DNA from: Sulfolobaceae archaeon
GTDB lineage: Archaea > Thermoproteota > Thermoprotei_A > Sulfolobales > Sulfolobaceae
Length of the DNA: 64,000 nt
NCBI GenBank assembly: GCA_038893355.1
Contig: JAWARQ010000002.1
Span: 64,001 to 128,000 of the forward strand
Reading direction: 5' to 3'
Each line of letters starts with the position of its first letter. Position 1 is the first letter of the stretch. The position numbers and the translations under genes were made by a program. The notes beneath the pieces are model-generated. The model searched no databases and had not been told where the DNA came from. It saw nothing but the letters and a program-made list of their open reading frames with translations. Shown here in pieces: positions 1-9,897 of this stretch.

Positions 1-1
1 G

Positions 2-388
2 ATAAAAACACCTCAAGATGTTTCCAAATACCTAAGACCGGGGAGTTTAAATTATATAACGCTATTAACCTCATCTTCAGAGGTGAAAGAAGTAAGTGTA
101 TATATTCCAAATTCTACTGGAAAATTAGGGGTTATGCTAAATTATTACTTTCCTACTCCTCTAAATTGGATAATATACTTTTCAATCTGGATGTTTAACA
201 TAAATCTTAGCTTATCACTACTAAATGGTGCTCCATTAATAATTACTGATGGTGCTAAAATATTCACAGAAATAATGAAGAGAAAATTTGGAGAGTTAGG
301 AGAAAGAATTTCCTTTGGACTTCAATTAGTAATTATATTATCATTAGTATCTGCAATTTATCTTTCTCTTATTAGTCCTCTTGGATAA
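2..388 (+). CDS. Site-2 protease (M50 family), C-terminal part; gene begins before the window
   Basis: Frame is open from base 2. [17 protein letters not shown] resembles the M50 NxxPxxxxDG motif; hydrophobic C-terminus. Confidence 0.75.
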   Translation: MKTPQDVSKYLRPGSLNYITLLTSSSEVKEVSVYIPNSTGKLGVMLNYYFPTPLNWIIYFSIWMFNINLSLSLLNGAPLIITDGAKIFTEIMKRKFGELGERISFGLQLVIILSLVSAIYLSLISPLG

Positions 389-1865
389 TTTTTGAACTTA
401 GCATGGGGAAAGGAATAACTTCTTTAATACTATAATTTGAAGTAAGAAGCATCACTAATCTATCTATTCCTATCCCTAAACCACCGGTTGGTGGCATACC
501 GTAGCTAAGAGCTCTTATAAAATCTTTATCGTATGGATGTGCTTCCTCATCACCGCTCTTTAACATTTCTTGCTCTCTCCTAAAGAATTCATCTTGAAGT
601 ATAGGATCATTAAGTTCAGTATAGGCATTTGCTAACTCCATTCCACCGATATATAATTCAAAACGTTCTACTAAACCTTTCTTATTCTTGTCCCTATGAG
701 GTTTGCACAAGGGGGTAGTCTCTACTGGATAGTCGTAGATAAAAGTAGGTTCTATCAGATTTGGAGTAACTAGTTTATCGAAAAGCTTTTCTATCATCAG
801 ACCTCTAACATATACTCCGCCTCTAGGCTTAATCCCTAACTTTTGAAGGTATCCTCTTAATTCGTCATCTGAAATGTTTTCAACATTCTTACCTAAAACA
901 TTTGATAAAGATTCAAACATACTTAGCCTTCTAAATCGTTTTGAAAGGTCTATCTCAAATTCTCTATCTAAACCCTTATATCTTATTATTGTAGTACCTA
1001 AAACCTTTTTAGTAACCTCCCTTATCATCTCTTCTGTTAATTCCATAATATCATTATAATCTGCATATGCCCAATATAATTCTAGCAACGTAAACTCTGG
1101 ATTATGTGTAACATCAATATCCTCATTTCTAAAAACCTTTCCTATTTCAAACACCTTATTAAATCCACCAATAATATATCTCTTTAAGTAAAGCTCTAGA
1201 GATATTCTTAAGTACCAATCTTCATCTAGATAATTTACGTGAGTCTTAAAGGGTTTAGCTAAAGCACCACCATATACTGGTTGTACAACTGGAGTCTCTA
1301 CTTCAATAAAGCCCTTATTATATAAAAATTCCCTAATTTCCCTAATGACCTTAAACCTAATCTCCATAGTTCTCCTTGCGTTATCATTATAGAGAAAATC
1401 AATGTATCTATGTGCATATCTAAACTCTGGTGATAATTTAGTCCAATCTGGAGGCTCAATTAGTGCTTTCGATAACAATTCATAATCCCTTACTAGTAAC
1501 GATAGCTCTCCACGAATCGTATAAAATAGATCACCCTTTACTCCTATTATATCCCCTCTATCAAAAATTTCAAAGAACTCATCATATCTTTGACCAAGTT
1601 CATTGACTCTTAATAATAACTGTAATTTTTCACCCTCATCGAATATGTCAACAAAAGATAACTTCCCATGCCTTCTTATATTTGCAATTCTACCCGCTGT
1701 CGAAATATTAAACATAAAGGCTTCATTAGATTTCTTATCAAAATTTTTACTAATCTCCCTAATCTGAGGTATAGTATGAGTAATCTGATACTTATGAGGA
1801 TATGGATTAATTCCCTTCTTTCTCAAATTCTCTAAAACCTTTAACCTATTTTCGTCCCACTTCAA
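372..1865 (-). CDS. lysS: Lysyl-tRNA synthetase, class II
   Basis: OB-fold N-terminus, [25 protein letters not shown] (motif 2), [15 protein letters not shown] (motif 3). Confidence 0.98.
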   Translation of the reverse strand: MKWDENRLKVLENLRKKGINPYPHKYQITHTIPQIREISKNFDKKSNEAFMFNISTAGRIANIRRHGKLSFVDIFDEGEKLQLLLRVNELGQRYDEFFEIFDRGDIIGVKGDLFYTIRGELSLLVRDYELLSKALIEPPDWTKLSPEFRYAHRYIDFLYNDNARRTMEIRFKVIREIREFLYNKGFIEVETPVVQPVYGGALAKPFKTHVNYLDEDWYLRISLELYLKRYIIGGFNKVFEIGKVFRNEDIDVTHNPEFTLLELYWAYADYNDIMELTEEMIREVTKKVLGTTIIRYKGLDREFEIDLSKRFRRLSMFESLSNVLGKNVENISDDELRGYLQKLGIKPRGGVYVRGLMIEKLFDKLVTPNLIEPTFIYDYPVETTPLCKPHRDKNKKGLVERFELYIGGMELANAYTELNDPILQDEFFRREQEMLKSGDEEAHPYDKDFIRALSYGMPPTGGLGIGIDRLVMLLTSNYSIKEVIPFPMLSSKIIQED

Positions 1866-1949
1866 CTCTAACTCTTGTTTAAATACTTACAACCTTCTAT
1901 AAATATTATCCACTCGTTTTTTAATTATGAAATAAGGTAGTATAATATA

Positions 1950-2978
1950 GTGTTAAGGCTTCAAAATAGGGATTTTATAAGGATTGGGTATGATGTAGAA
2001 TTACCGTTAATAGGTAGTATTGCATTTGGAATTATAGATAGGGGAACAAATATACTACAAGTTAGAGCTAATAGTTATTGTCCTTTAAATTGTATATTCT
2101 GCTCTACAGACGCAGGGCCTAATTCTAGATGGAGAAGATGTGAGTACAGAGTAGATAAAGATCTTTTAGTATCATGGGTTAAGGAAGTTGTTAAGTTTAA
2201 GAAGAAAGATGTAGAGATACATTTAGATAGTGTAGGAGAACCATTAATGTATGATAAATTACCTGACCTAATTCAAGAACTAAAGTCTATACCAAATGTG
2301 AAGGTAGTAAGTATTCAAACTCATGGTTCCTTACTTAGTTATAAGTATGCCGAACGTTTAACTTCAGCAGGATTAGATAGGATAAATCTTAGCATCGATA
2401 CCTTAGATCAAGAAAAGGCGAAGTACTTACAAGGAGCAGAATGGTATAACGTTAAGAGAATAATGGAAATAACTGAATGGATCTTAAGAAATACTAATAC
2501 TGATATACTACTAGCACCAGTATTATTGCATGGAATTAATGATACTGATGTGGAGGATGTAATAAAGTGGGGTAAAAGTATAGGAGTAGGTAAGAGATTT
2601 CCCGGATTTGGTATTCAAGTATTTATGAAACATAAGCATGGCAGAATTCCTAAAGATGTAAAAATCATTAATATGAAAAAATTCGAAAAAATTCTTTTAT
2701 TATGGGAGAAGAAATATAATGTAAAATTAAGATTAAGTGAGGAGGATTTTGGTATCAAAAAGCTTCCTATGATACCCACAATTTTTAAGGAAGGAGAAAA
2801 GGTGAAAGTTAAGATAGTTGCACCAGGTTGGTTAAAAAATGAGTGGTTAGCGGTCCCAGTTGGTAAAGAAGAGAGTAGAGTCATAACCGTTATTGGCAAA
2901 GAGTTAGATATAGAATCTAAAATTAATGTTAGAATAATTAAAAATAAACATAATATATATTTAGCCCGACCCTTATAA
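1950..2978 (+). CDS. Archaeal radical SAM protein with C-terminal TRAM-like domain (COG2100-like)
   Basis: CPLNCIFC motif, GEPL, QTHG, beta-rich C-terminus ending KNKHNIYLA. Confidence 0.8.
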   Translation: MLRLQNRDFIRIGYDVELPLIGSIAFGIIDRGTNILQVRANSYCPLNCIFCSTDAGPNSRWRRCEYRVDKDLLVSWVKEVVKFKKKDVEIHLDSVGEPLMYDKLPDLIQELKSIPNVKVVSIQTHGSLLSYKYAERLTSAGLDRINLSIDTLDQEKAKYLQGAEWYNVKRIMEITEWILRNTNTDILLAPVLLHGINDTDVEDVIKWGKSIGVGKRFPGFGIQVFMKHKHGRIPKDVKIINMKKFEKILLLWEKKYNVKLRLSEEDFGIKKLPMIPTIFKEGEKVKVKIVAPGWLKNEWLAVPVGKEESRVITVIGKELDIESKINVRIIKNKHNIYLARPL

Positions 2979-3332
2979 CCTCGCTATCTCATTAACTCTT
3001 TATTATTCATTTATTCCAAATATTTCATAAAAGAGGGCAAAAAGATAACTGGATAATACTACTTAAGATGTAATATACTTTTAATCTTTAATAAATTGCT
3101 TATAGGGCACAACTTTTCCTTACTTTTAATTACGCCACGGTACCTCTCTTACGGTTACAAAATTATGTTTATAAGAGGCACAGCACGTAGTAACTCTTAA
3201 GAATCATAAACTTTCACCCTTAACTTATTGGGGCTAGTCGAGGGAAACGAAATATAAACATAATTCATAATAAAGATAATATCGAGAATTGATTAAAAGT
3301 AGTTAAAAATTTTGTAAAATTGTTATAGTCTA

Positions 3333-3385
3333 CCCGTAATTTGATTAAGAAAAGATACGATTAAAAGAGAATTTAGAGTTACGTA
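3333..3385. mobile_element. Possible degenerate mini-derivative of an ISH3-family element
   Basis: Begins CCCGTA like the ISH3 end at 9535. GAATTTAGAGTTACG resembles the reverse complement of that end (GAATTTGGGGTCTACG). Short and degenerate. Confidence 0.3.
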
Positions 3386-3555
3386 AAACTTTATTAGAAA
3401 TTAAAAGTCATAAGGATTTCTAAACCCTCGAAAATCATCATTATATCAATATTTCTTTACCGTTCAGTATAATCCCACTTTCTTTTTCACTATCTAGAAA
3501 TTATTGCGATGATTATTAAAGAGAGCTTTATTAATAAATAATAAAAAGAAACACT

Positions 3556-4263
3556 ATGGCTACTGAAGAACTATACCTAAAGGATTGCTATATAAGAGAA
3601 TTTAAGGGAAAGGTAATTAGAGTAACAGATGATGGAGGTATTATTCTTGATAAAACTGCATTTTATCCAGGAGGCGGTGGACTAGATGCAGACACTGGTG
3701 TGATAGTTTTTAACGGAAATGAATTCATAGTTAAAAAAGTCTATAGAAGTGAAAATGGAGAAATAATTCACTTAATAGGTCGAAAAATTGAGGAAGGAAG
3801 TGAAGTCATAGGGAAAATAGATTGGGAAAAGAGATATAGGATTATGAGACTACATACAGCATCTCATATAATAGCAGCTATTGCATTTAACAAATATGGT
3901 GCATTAATCACAGGTGGTCATATAACTGCAGAATATGCCAAAGATGATTTTAATCTGGACGAAAAGGAGAAATTAATTGACATAATAGAACAAGCTAATG
4001 AAATTGCTAAGAGGGGTATAGAAGTAAAAATATATTTCTTGCCAAGGGAAGAGGCATTAAAGATTCCAGGAATAGTAAAGCTTGCAGAAAGAAATCCACC
4101 TAATTTACCAATATGGAGAATAGTTGAAATTCCAGGAATAGATATTCAGGCTGATGGAGGACCACATGTTAAAAATACAAGCGAAATTGGTGAGATTGTA
4201 TTGCTAAAAATAGAGAATAAAGGTAAGGGTAGGAAAAGAGTCTATTATAATGTAAAGCCGTAG
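3556..4263 (+). CDS. alaX: Alanyl-tRNA editing protein AlaX-M
   Basis: TAFYPGGGG, MRLHTASH and DGGPHV metal-binding editing motifs. Confidence 0.93.
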   Translation: MATEELYLKDCYIREFKGKVIRVTDDGGIILDKTAFYPGGGGLDADTGVIVFNGNEFIVKKVYRSENGEIIHLIGRKIEEGSEVIGKIDWEKRYRIMRLHTASHIIAAIAFNKYGALITGGHITAEYAKDDFNLDEKEKLIDIIEQANEIAKRGIEVKIYFLPREEALKIPGIVKLAERNPPNLPIWRIVEIPGIDIQADGGPHVKNTSEIGEIVLLKIENKGKGRKRVYYNVKP

Positions 4264-4378
4264 AACTTAAAAATCATCAGAACTGCAAGTTAACCACTTA
4301 CAGAAAGTGATTAGACCACTAAATATGAAGAATCAAATTTCCGAAAATAATTAAAATTCTAAGCTATTTTACTATCTT

Positions 4379-4924
4379 GTGAGCTACTATATTTTAGAAA
4401 AATTGAAGAATGAACTATTATTATCAGATGCAGAAATAGAATTTGCAATAAATAAGGCAAAAGGCATATTATTAGGATATGCAATGGAGTATAGGGCATG
4501 TAAAATTTTAGAAAGATATAATTTTAAAAATATAAAGTATGTAAACTTACCAACACATGATATAGAGGCAGAGAAAGAAGGGGAGAAATATTATATTGAA
4601 GTAAAGGCGACTAGCAAATCACCAACCAGAGAATATACTGCACATAAGGTCGTAATGATTGCATTATTAGATGGTACACACTTAACACTTTTAATGAAAC
4701 CTAAAGAGGAACTTTACCTAACTAGACAAATATTAAGTGAACCTAAAAGAGTATTATATGATTTCTTTAAAACTTTAAGAACAAGAGGGGAAGTAGAAGC
4801 TATAAGGTTCATAGAGAACCCTATACACTATAACATACTTAAAAGTTATCAGCGAGTTCTATTTACTTATAAAAACCTACTCACTAAAAAGATAATTGAA
4901 TTACTTAATATTTCTTCTTATTGA
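4379..4924 (+). CDS. PD-(D/E)XK restriction-endonuclease-like protein (DUF3883-like)
   Basis: E...HDIEAEKEGEKYYIEVK catalytic pattern. Confidence 0.65.
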   Translation: MSYYILEKLKNELLLSDAEIEFAINKAKGILLGYAMEYRACKILERYNFKNIKYVNLPTHDIEAEKEGEKYYIEVKATSKSPTREYTAHKVVMIALLDGTHLTLLMKPKEELYLTRQILSEPKRVLYDFFKTLRTRGEVEAIRFIENPIHYNILKSYQRVLFTYKNLLTKKIIELLNISSY

Positions 4925-5437
4925 ATCTAATTTCTTCTCCTTAAGATCAATCTCTGCTCTATCTAAGTATTTATAAACAGTAGAATGTTGTCTACCATCC
5001 ATTAGCATTAAAATTGCATTTTTAGCAACCTCTACTTGATCATAACTCCCAAGAATTGCAATATAATTATCTCCAACTTGTATTACCACATCAGTATATT
5101 GCTGAATTATTTTCTTAGTCCTACCGTGTTCTCCAATTATTCTACCTTTTATCCTCCTCATTTCTTCCTGATTTCTTGTAAATTCTTTTAAATCTATTAC
5201 CTCAAGCCTATAATCATCACTAAGTAGCTTCATTGCATCTTCGACTTTAAAACCATAATTTATTGCTTTAATTACATTAATTACCTTTAAAGTATCATAA
5301 ACATTTCCAGAGTTCGGAATTACTCTAATATTTTTACTTTTCTCATCTATGAGTATCTTCACATTAACAATCCTTTCTAGATCACTTACTATCTTCTTAA
5401 TAACTGGTATCTTATCATCATTTAGACTCACATACAC
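4901..5437 (-). CDS. dim2: KH-domain pre-rRNA processing protein (Dim2/Pno1)
   Basis: RIKGRIIGEHGRTK KH motif, GRQHSTVY, next to rio1. Confidence 0.92.
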   Translation of the reverse strand: MYVSLNDDKIPVIKKIVSDLERIVNVKILIDEKSKNIRVIPNSGNVYDTLKVINVIKAINYGFKVEDAMKLLSDDYRLEVIDLKEFTRNQEEMRRIKGRIIGEHGRTKKIIQQYTDVVIQVGDNYIAILGSYDQVEVAKNAILMLMDGRQHSTVYKYLDRAEIDLKEKKLDSIRRNIK

Positions 5438-5471
5438 TTATTAACACCTTCCTAAATTGTCTTTCCTAATA

Positions 5472-6227
5472 TTATTCTAATATCATCTTAAATATATCTT
5501 CTAACGGCATAACTCTTATCCCTTTAGATGAGAAAAAGTTATTTATGTTTCTTAAATCTCGTTCTAATAATTCCTTCCAATTTTGGTGATCTATTGTTAT
5601 AGACTGACTAACATCAATGATGTAGGGCTTAGAATTATGAACTAACACATTGTACTCACTTAAATCACCATGAACCAGTTTTGCTACCTTTACCATTCTC
5701 TTTATTTGCTCGATAAGATCCATGTATAACTCTTGAGTTATTAAGTCTTCATTAACGTCTTTAAGTAAAGGTGCGCTAACTCCGTCCTCGCCTATAAATT
5801 CCATTACTAATACGTTCTCGAGGACTAAATAGGGCCTGGGTACTCTGACATCAGCGTCATAAAGTCTCTTTAAATTCTTAAACTCCTTTTTAGCCCACGT
5901 TGAGATTAAATGCCTAGTACTCTTCGGCCTAACCTCCATAAATCTAGGATCACCCATCATGTACTTCTTTACTGCCCTCTTATGTGAAGCAGTAGAAACA
6001 TAGTATACCTTTATAGCATACCAATTTTCTTTATCATCCATAGCTGGATAAACCTTTGCCTCCTTCCCTGAAGAAATTGCTCCAAAAATCTTAACAATAT
6101 TTAACCTCCTTGATATCTCAAATAAAATATTTTCAGTTCTTGGATCAATTGTTGAATCGACAACCTTTATAAGATCTTGATCCTTCCACCTCTTCTCGGC
6201 CTTTCTCTTACGTTCTGGAAACTTCAA
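5472..6227 (-). CDS. rio1: RIO1 serine protein kinase
   Basis: ISSGKEAKVY, LVHGDLSEYN, IIDVSQS. Confidence 0.96.
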   Translation of the reverse strand: MKFPERKRKAEKRWKDQDLIKVVDSTIDPRTENILFEISRRLNIVKIFGAISSGKEAKVYPAMDDKENWYAIKVYYVSTASHKRAVKKYMMGDPRFMEVRPKSTRHLISTWAKKEFKNLKRLYDADVRVPRPYLVLENVLVMEFIGEDGVSAPLLKDVNEDLITQELYMDLIEQIKRMVKVAKLVHGDLSEYNVLVHNSKPYIIDVSQSITIDHQNWKELLERDLRNINNFFSSKGIRVMPLEDIFKMILE

Positions 6228-6246
6228 ATAACCTTTCCCACCATTC

Positions 6247-6573
6247 TCAACTCTTACTTAAGGTTTCTAAAACATCCTTATCTACAACCTTTTCTTCTAT
6301 AAGTTTCTTTATCTCATCAGTACCATATTTATGAACTATATCGCACTTATTTTGTTGAAATTCCCATACTGCAACGAGAACAACATCACCTTCCCTTAAC
6401 CATACTCTTTTCCTCATCTTACCTGGTATTCTACCCATTCTTTCCTTACCATCAGCACAAATAACAATAGCATGATCTGCACCAACTAGCTTTTTAACTA
6501 CACATATCTGCTCGCCTTCGGCAGGCTTTAATACTTCTTTTGTATTTCGAATTGGCTCCTTTATTTTAGGCAA
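6247..6573 (-). CDS. eif1a: Translation initiation factor aIF-1A
   Basis: [18 protein letters not shown]; conserved aIF1A-rio1-dim2 order. Confidence 0.95.
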   Translation of the reverse strand: MPKIKEPIRNTKEVLKPAEGEQICVVKKLVGADHAIVICADGKERMGRIPGKMRKRVWLREGDVVLVAVWEFQQNKCDIVHKYGTDEIKKLIEEKVVDKDVLETLSKS

Positions 6574-6728
6574 ATGATTCCCTATGTTTATACTATCATA
6601 GCTTAATATAAAAGAGTTTATACTACACTTTCACTTTTATAGAAACAGTCTGGCGTTCAGTAATAAACCTTTTGGTCAAACCTCAAGCATAATCTCAACT
6701 AAGATTGCCACGTGGGCCCTATATAGGA

Positions 6729-6857
6729 GATAGTGTCACCACTAAGCTACAAAAATCCCTTTTACCCTATAACATTTCATGAAAAATTACATTTTACACC
6801 TCTACTCTATAAAGGGAATTTTCATACAATAATTTATAGCTTAATAGTGACACTATC
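6729..6857. mobile_element. 129-bp MITE
   Basis: TIRs GATAGTGTCACCACTAAGCTA and TAGCTTAATAGTGACACTATC (19/21 match); non-coding interior. Confidence 0.85.
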
Positions 6858-6990
6858 TGATTTTTTCTAATTAATTATAAATTATAATTAATATGTATAT
6901 ACTAATAAAATTTTAATTTAATATAAATTAATATGTATCTCTTCCCATTATCATTGCTCTTATGAAAATTCTTATACATCTATAATTCAC

Positions 6991-8133
6991 TTAACTCTTC
7001 TTTTCCTTTAAATATCCAAATAAGTAAGTTATGCCTGATATAAGGACAAAGATAGAGTCAAAATAAAATGGTAATGTATAGCTAGCATCATATAAATATC
7101 CAGAAATAGCATAGCCTATAATGCTACCCAAGTCTTGAGAAGCAGAAATAATACCAACTGCAGAACCCTTAATACTCACTCTTCTACCAATATACGCGGG
7201 CCAAAGTGTGTACAGTGCATTAATAAGAATTGCATTAATGAAAGCGATTAATATAATAACAAATATATTTTTAGAAAGATAAAATAATATTAATATTGAA
7301 GATATTATCAAATTGGCACCTATAATTAAAAATTCATGTAAATTTTTACCATAATTTCCCCATAACTGTGATGCTAAAATATTTCCGATACCAATCATTG
7401 TATAAGTTATACCCACATAACTTGCATTAAGATCTAAAATATCTACTACGAATAATGGAAAAACTATTTGAAATATGCCAAGTCCAATATATTCAAAAAA
7501 GTTACCTAATAAAACTATTAAAATTGATATATTTTTTAAATTTTGAAAATTTATATTATTATTCATCATGTTAATATTATAAACTTTTATATAATTTTTT
7601 AAAGAAAATAAAATTATTAAAGAAAATAATAAAATAATATTTACAAATAGAAAGAAAATTTTATGATTGAAGGTATATAATAGGGATCCAATTAAAGGTC
7701 CTATAGTAGTTGAGATGTAAGAAAGACTATTATATAATCCAAAAGCTTTCCTATATTCATCTTCTTTACTTATAGTCATGATATAAGCTATTAATGAAGG
7801 TCTAAGGAACGAAGTACCAATACCTTCTATCAATCTAACGAGAAATAGATACTGCCAAATCTCTATGAAGTCATAGATGATAAATGCAATTAAATAAAGG
7901 ATAAGTCCTAATAATAATATATTATACTTATTCTTAATATCGAATAGAAAGCCTGTTATCGGTTGAATAATTATCCTAACTATTACATAATTAACTACTA
8001 AAAGTCCTATAGTATAAGTAGGTGCCCCCAGATTTTGGGCGTATAGTGGGAAAATGATAAGAAATGAGAAAAACACAGTATTCACAAATATACTTACAAT
8101 AGAGAGCATTAATAGTACATGAAGTTTATACAA
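6991..8133 (-). CDS. MFS transporter, probable exporter of the cluster product
   Basis: About 12 hydrophobic segments, motif A-like GFLFDIKNK, RLIEGIG, GPLIG; starts 3 nt after the rSAM stop. Confidence 0.9.
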   Translation of the reverse strand: MYKLHVLLMLSIVSIFVNTVFFSFLIIFPLYAQNLGAPTYTIGLLVVNYVIVRIIIQPITGFLFDIKNKYNILLLGLILYLIAFIIYDFIEIWQYLFLVRLIEGIGTSFLRPSLIAYIMTISKEDEYRKAFGLYNSLSYISTTIGPLIGSLLYTFNHKIFFLFVNIILLFSLIILFSLKNYIKVYNINMMNNNINFQNLKNISILIVLLGNFFEYIGLGIFQIVFPLFVVDILDLNASYVGITYTMIGIGNILASQLWGNYGKNLHEFLIIGANLIISSILILFYLSKNIFVIILIAFINAILINALYTLWPAYIGRRVSIKGSAVGIISASQDLGSIIGYAISGYLYDASYTLPFYFDSIFVLISGITYLFGYLKEKKS

Positions 8134-8136
8134 TTT

Positions 8137-9201
8137 CTAATCCCTTAGTGTTTTTGGACAAAATGGGTCTGGAGCGTAAATATCATTTAAGAAAAGGTAT
8201 GCAAATACCCTTGAACCACCTCTGCATTTCTCTACGAATTCACAACTTATACAAGGTTCTTTGAACCAATCATTCTGTCTAAACATATTAAGAGCAACAG
8301 AATTTTTCCATATTTTATCTATAGAATTTTCCCTTACATTATCAAATTTAATAACCCCTTCATAAAGTAATGTGTCTGCAGACTCCACTAAAGGTAAAAC
8401 GTAACCTTCAGGATTTATTATCATACCATAATATCCCCATATGTTAGGCTTAACTTTAAAGTAATCTTTAGCACGATTAATAATTTTAAAACTAATATGC
8501 CTATTATATTCTGCTTCTAAATCAGAAACAATTTCATTAATCTGTATTATTTCTTTAAATTTTGGAATAATCTTAGGATTCTTATAAGCGAAGCCTGCCG
8601 GCAAAACTGGCTGAATAATTAAAGCGTCTAGCTTCCTATATTTTGCATCTAGTTCAATTATTAATTTTAAAATTTTCTTTAGTTTCTCATATAAATTAGC
8701 ATAAATTGACAAATGAAATATTGCAGCCTTATGTTCTCCTTCTTTTTCTTTAAATAATATAATTTTTTTGTAAAAATATTCTAAATTTCTGAATATATTA
8801 TAATCATCACTATTGGCATATCTATATACATGTAGGCTTAATTGCATTAAATCTAGGTAATCTCTAATAATTTTAATGCCATTTTCATTTAATAATAATC
8901 CATTAGAGGAAAGAGCAGTAATCGTATTAAACGATTTAGCATATTTAATTAATTCAATTACACCCTCATATTTTAGAGGCTCTCCTCCAGTAAATATCAA
9001 AATTTTAGTACCTAGCTCAACCACTTGCTTAATTATAGATTTCCATTCCTCTATACTTAACTTTTTTCTATCCATATGAGTTGGGTTAAAACAATATGGG
9101 CATCTGAGATTACAGTCATAAGTTAATTGTAATTCTACAATATGTGGTATCTTTGGATCTAAAGATAATAATTTACTTTGATTTTGTAAAAAATCAAGCA
9201 T
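8137..9201 (-). CDS. PqqE-like radical SAM/SPASM peptide maturase with atypical SPASM domain
   Basis: ELQLTYDCNLRCPYCFNP, FTGGEPL; C-terminal WFKEPCISC-x5-C...PDPFC parallels PqqE. Confidence 0.88.
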   Translation of the reverse strand: MLDFLQNQSKLLSLDPKIPHIVELQLTYDCNLRCPYCFNPTHMDRKKLSIEEWKSIIKQVVELGTKILIFTGGEPLKYEGVIELIKYAKSFNTITALSSNGLLLNENGIKIIRDYLDLMQLSLHVYRYANSDDYNIFRNLEYFYKKIILFKEKEGEHKAAIFHLSIYANLYEKLKKILKLIIELDAKYRKLDALIIQPVLPAGFAYKNPKIIPKFKEIIQINEIVSDLEAEYNRHISFKIINRAKDYFKVKPNIWGYYGMIINPEGYVLPLVESADTLLYEGVIKFDNVRENSIDKIWKNSVALNMFRQNDWFKEPCISCEFVEKCRGGSRVFAYLFLNDIYAPDPFCPKTLRD

Positions 9202-9213
9202 GTTGTAAACCTT

Positions 9214-9366
9214 TTACAATTTTTCCAACGATATCGCTATAACTCCTATATATAATGAAGAACTGATAGGATTGTAATCTACTATATCTTTGTTTCTACT
9301 TAATTCTTTTTTAATCTCATAGACTTTATTTATAGTTATGAATTTAGTAGATAGGTTTCCTTGCAT
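9214..9366 (-). CDS. Putative 50-aa RiPP precursor peptide MQGNLSTKFITINKVYEIKKELSRNKDIVDYNPISSSLYIGVIAISLEKL
   Basis: Internal ATG of the 97-aa track ORF, preceded by GGGGGAT and a TATA box 25-30 nt upstream; ends 12 nt before the rSAM ATG. Confidence 0.7.
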   Translation of the reverse strand: MQGNLSTKFITINKVYEIKKELSRNKDIVDYNPISSSLYIGVIAISLEKL

Positions 9367-9390
9367 TTTTATCCCCCAGATTATCTTTAA

Positions 9391-9411
9391 CTTAAACGGT
9401 TTTTTTTTTTT
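9391..9411 (-). promoter_or_regulatory. BRE/TATA promoter of the peptide-rSAM-MFS operon
   Basis: Minus strand A12-CCG-TTTAAG, with the TATA 25-30 nt upstream of ATG 9366. Confidence 0.6.
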
Positions 9412-9534
9412 AACTCTCAATAATTCTAAAAAGTTATCATAAATAACAGTTATTATGTCAATAAAATTTAAACACTTGTCATTAATACTAATATCATATA
9501 TAAACAATTTTTAATAAACCTTAAGAATTACATT

Positions 9535-9897
9535 CCCGTAGACCCCAAATTCATCACCTCGAAAATAATTCTAGAGAGTTAAAAATTGGATAGAATAATT
9601 TAACTGAATATTCTTGAATCGTAGTAATATTACCTTACAAAACAAAATCAAGATAATTAGTAGTAAGCGGAAGTCCTCTTTGCTTGTTGTTCCCCTTGAA
9701 GAGTAGGTAAAGCGTGTAAATTAACATTGCCAAAGCGAAGATGAACAAGCGAACTAACCAACTCCTTGATGAGGTAAAGATGAGAAATGATTTGATTAGC
9801 TTGTAAGAAGTCTCTATTGGTGTCCTAACCTTGTCATACCAATTTATTACAATACTCCTATGCACGTCTAGGTTCGTCCCCTTGGCCAAGTACTCTA
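9535..9897 (-). pseudogene. 3' fragment of an ISH3-family (IS4-like) transposase with its terminal sequence
   Basis: EYLAKGTNLD..YDKVRTPIETSYKLIK..FTSSR..RLFIF DDE C-terminal signature. Continues through two frameshifts (GTTSKEDFRLLL; QEYSVKLFYPIFNSLELFSR*). Putative end CCCGTAGACCCC at 9535. Confidence 0.85.

Noticed and set aside
6860-6940. Repeat AATTAATATGTAT occurring twice
   Set aside because: Low-complexity AT-rich sequence with no array structure
8137-9201. Calling the rSAM pqqE (PQQ biosynthesis)
   Set aside because: No pqqB/C/D in the window, the peptide lacks a true ExxxY, AuxI ligands are absent, and an exporter is linked
9367-9507. N-terminal 47 aa of the 97-aa track ORF, or a PqqD/RRE call
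   Set aside because: It runs through the TATA box and A12 tract (KKKK) from a TTG start, with no RRE-like pattern
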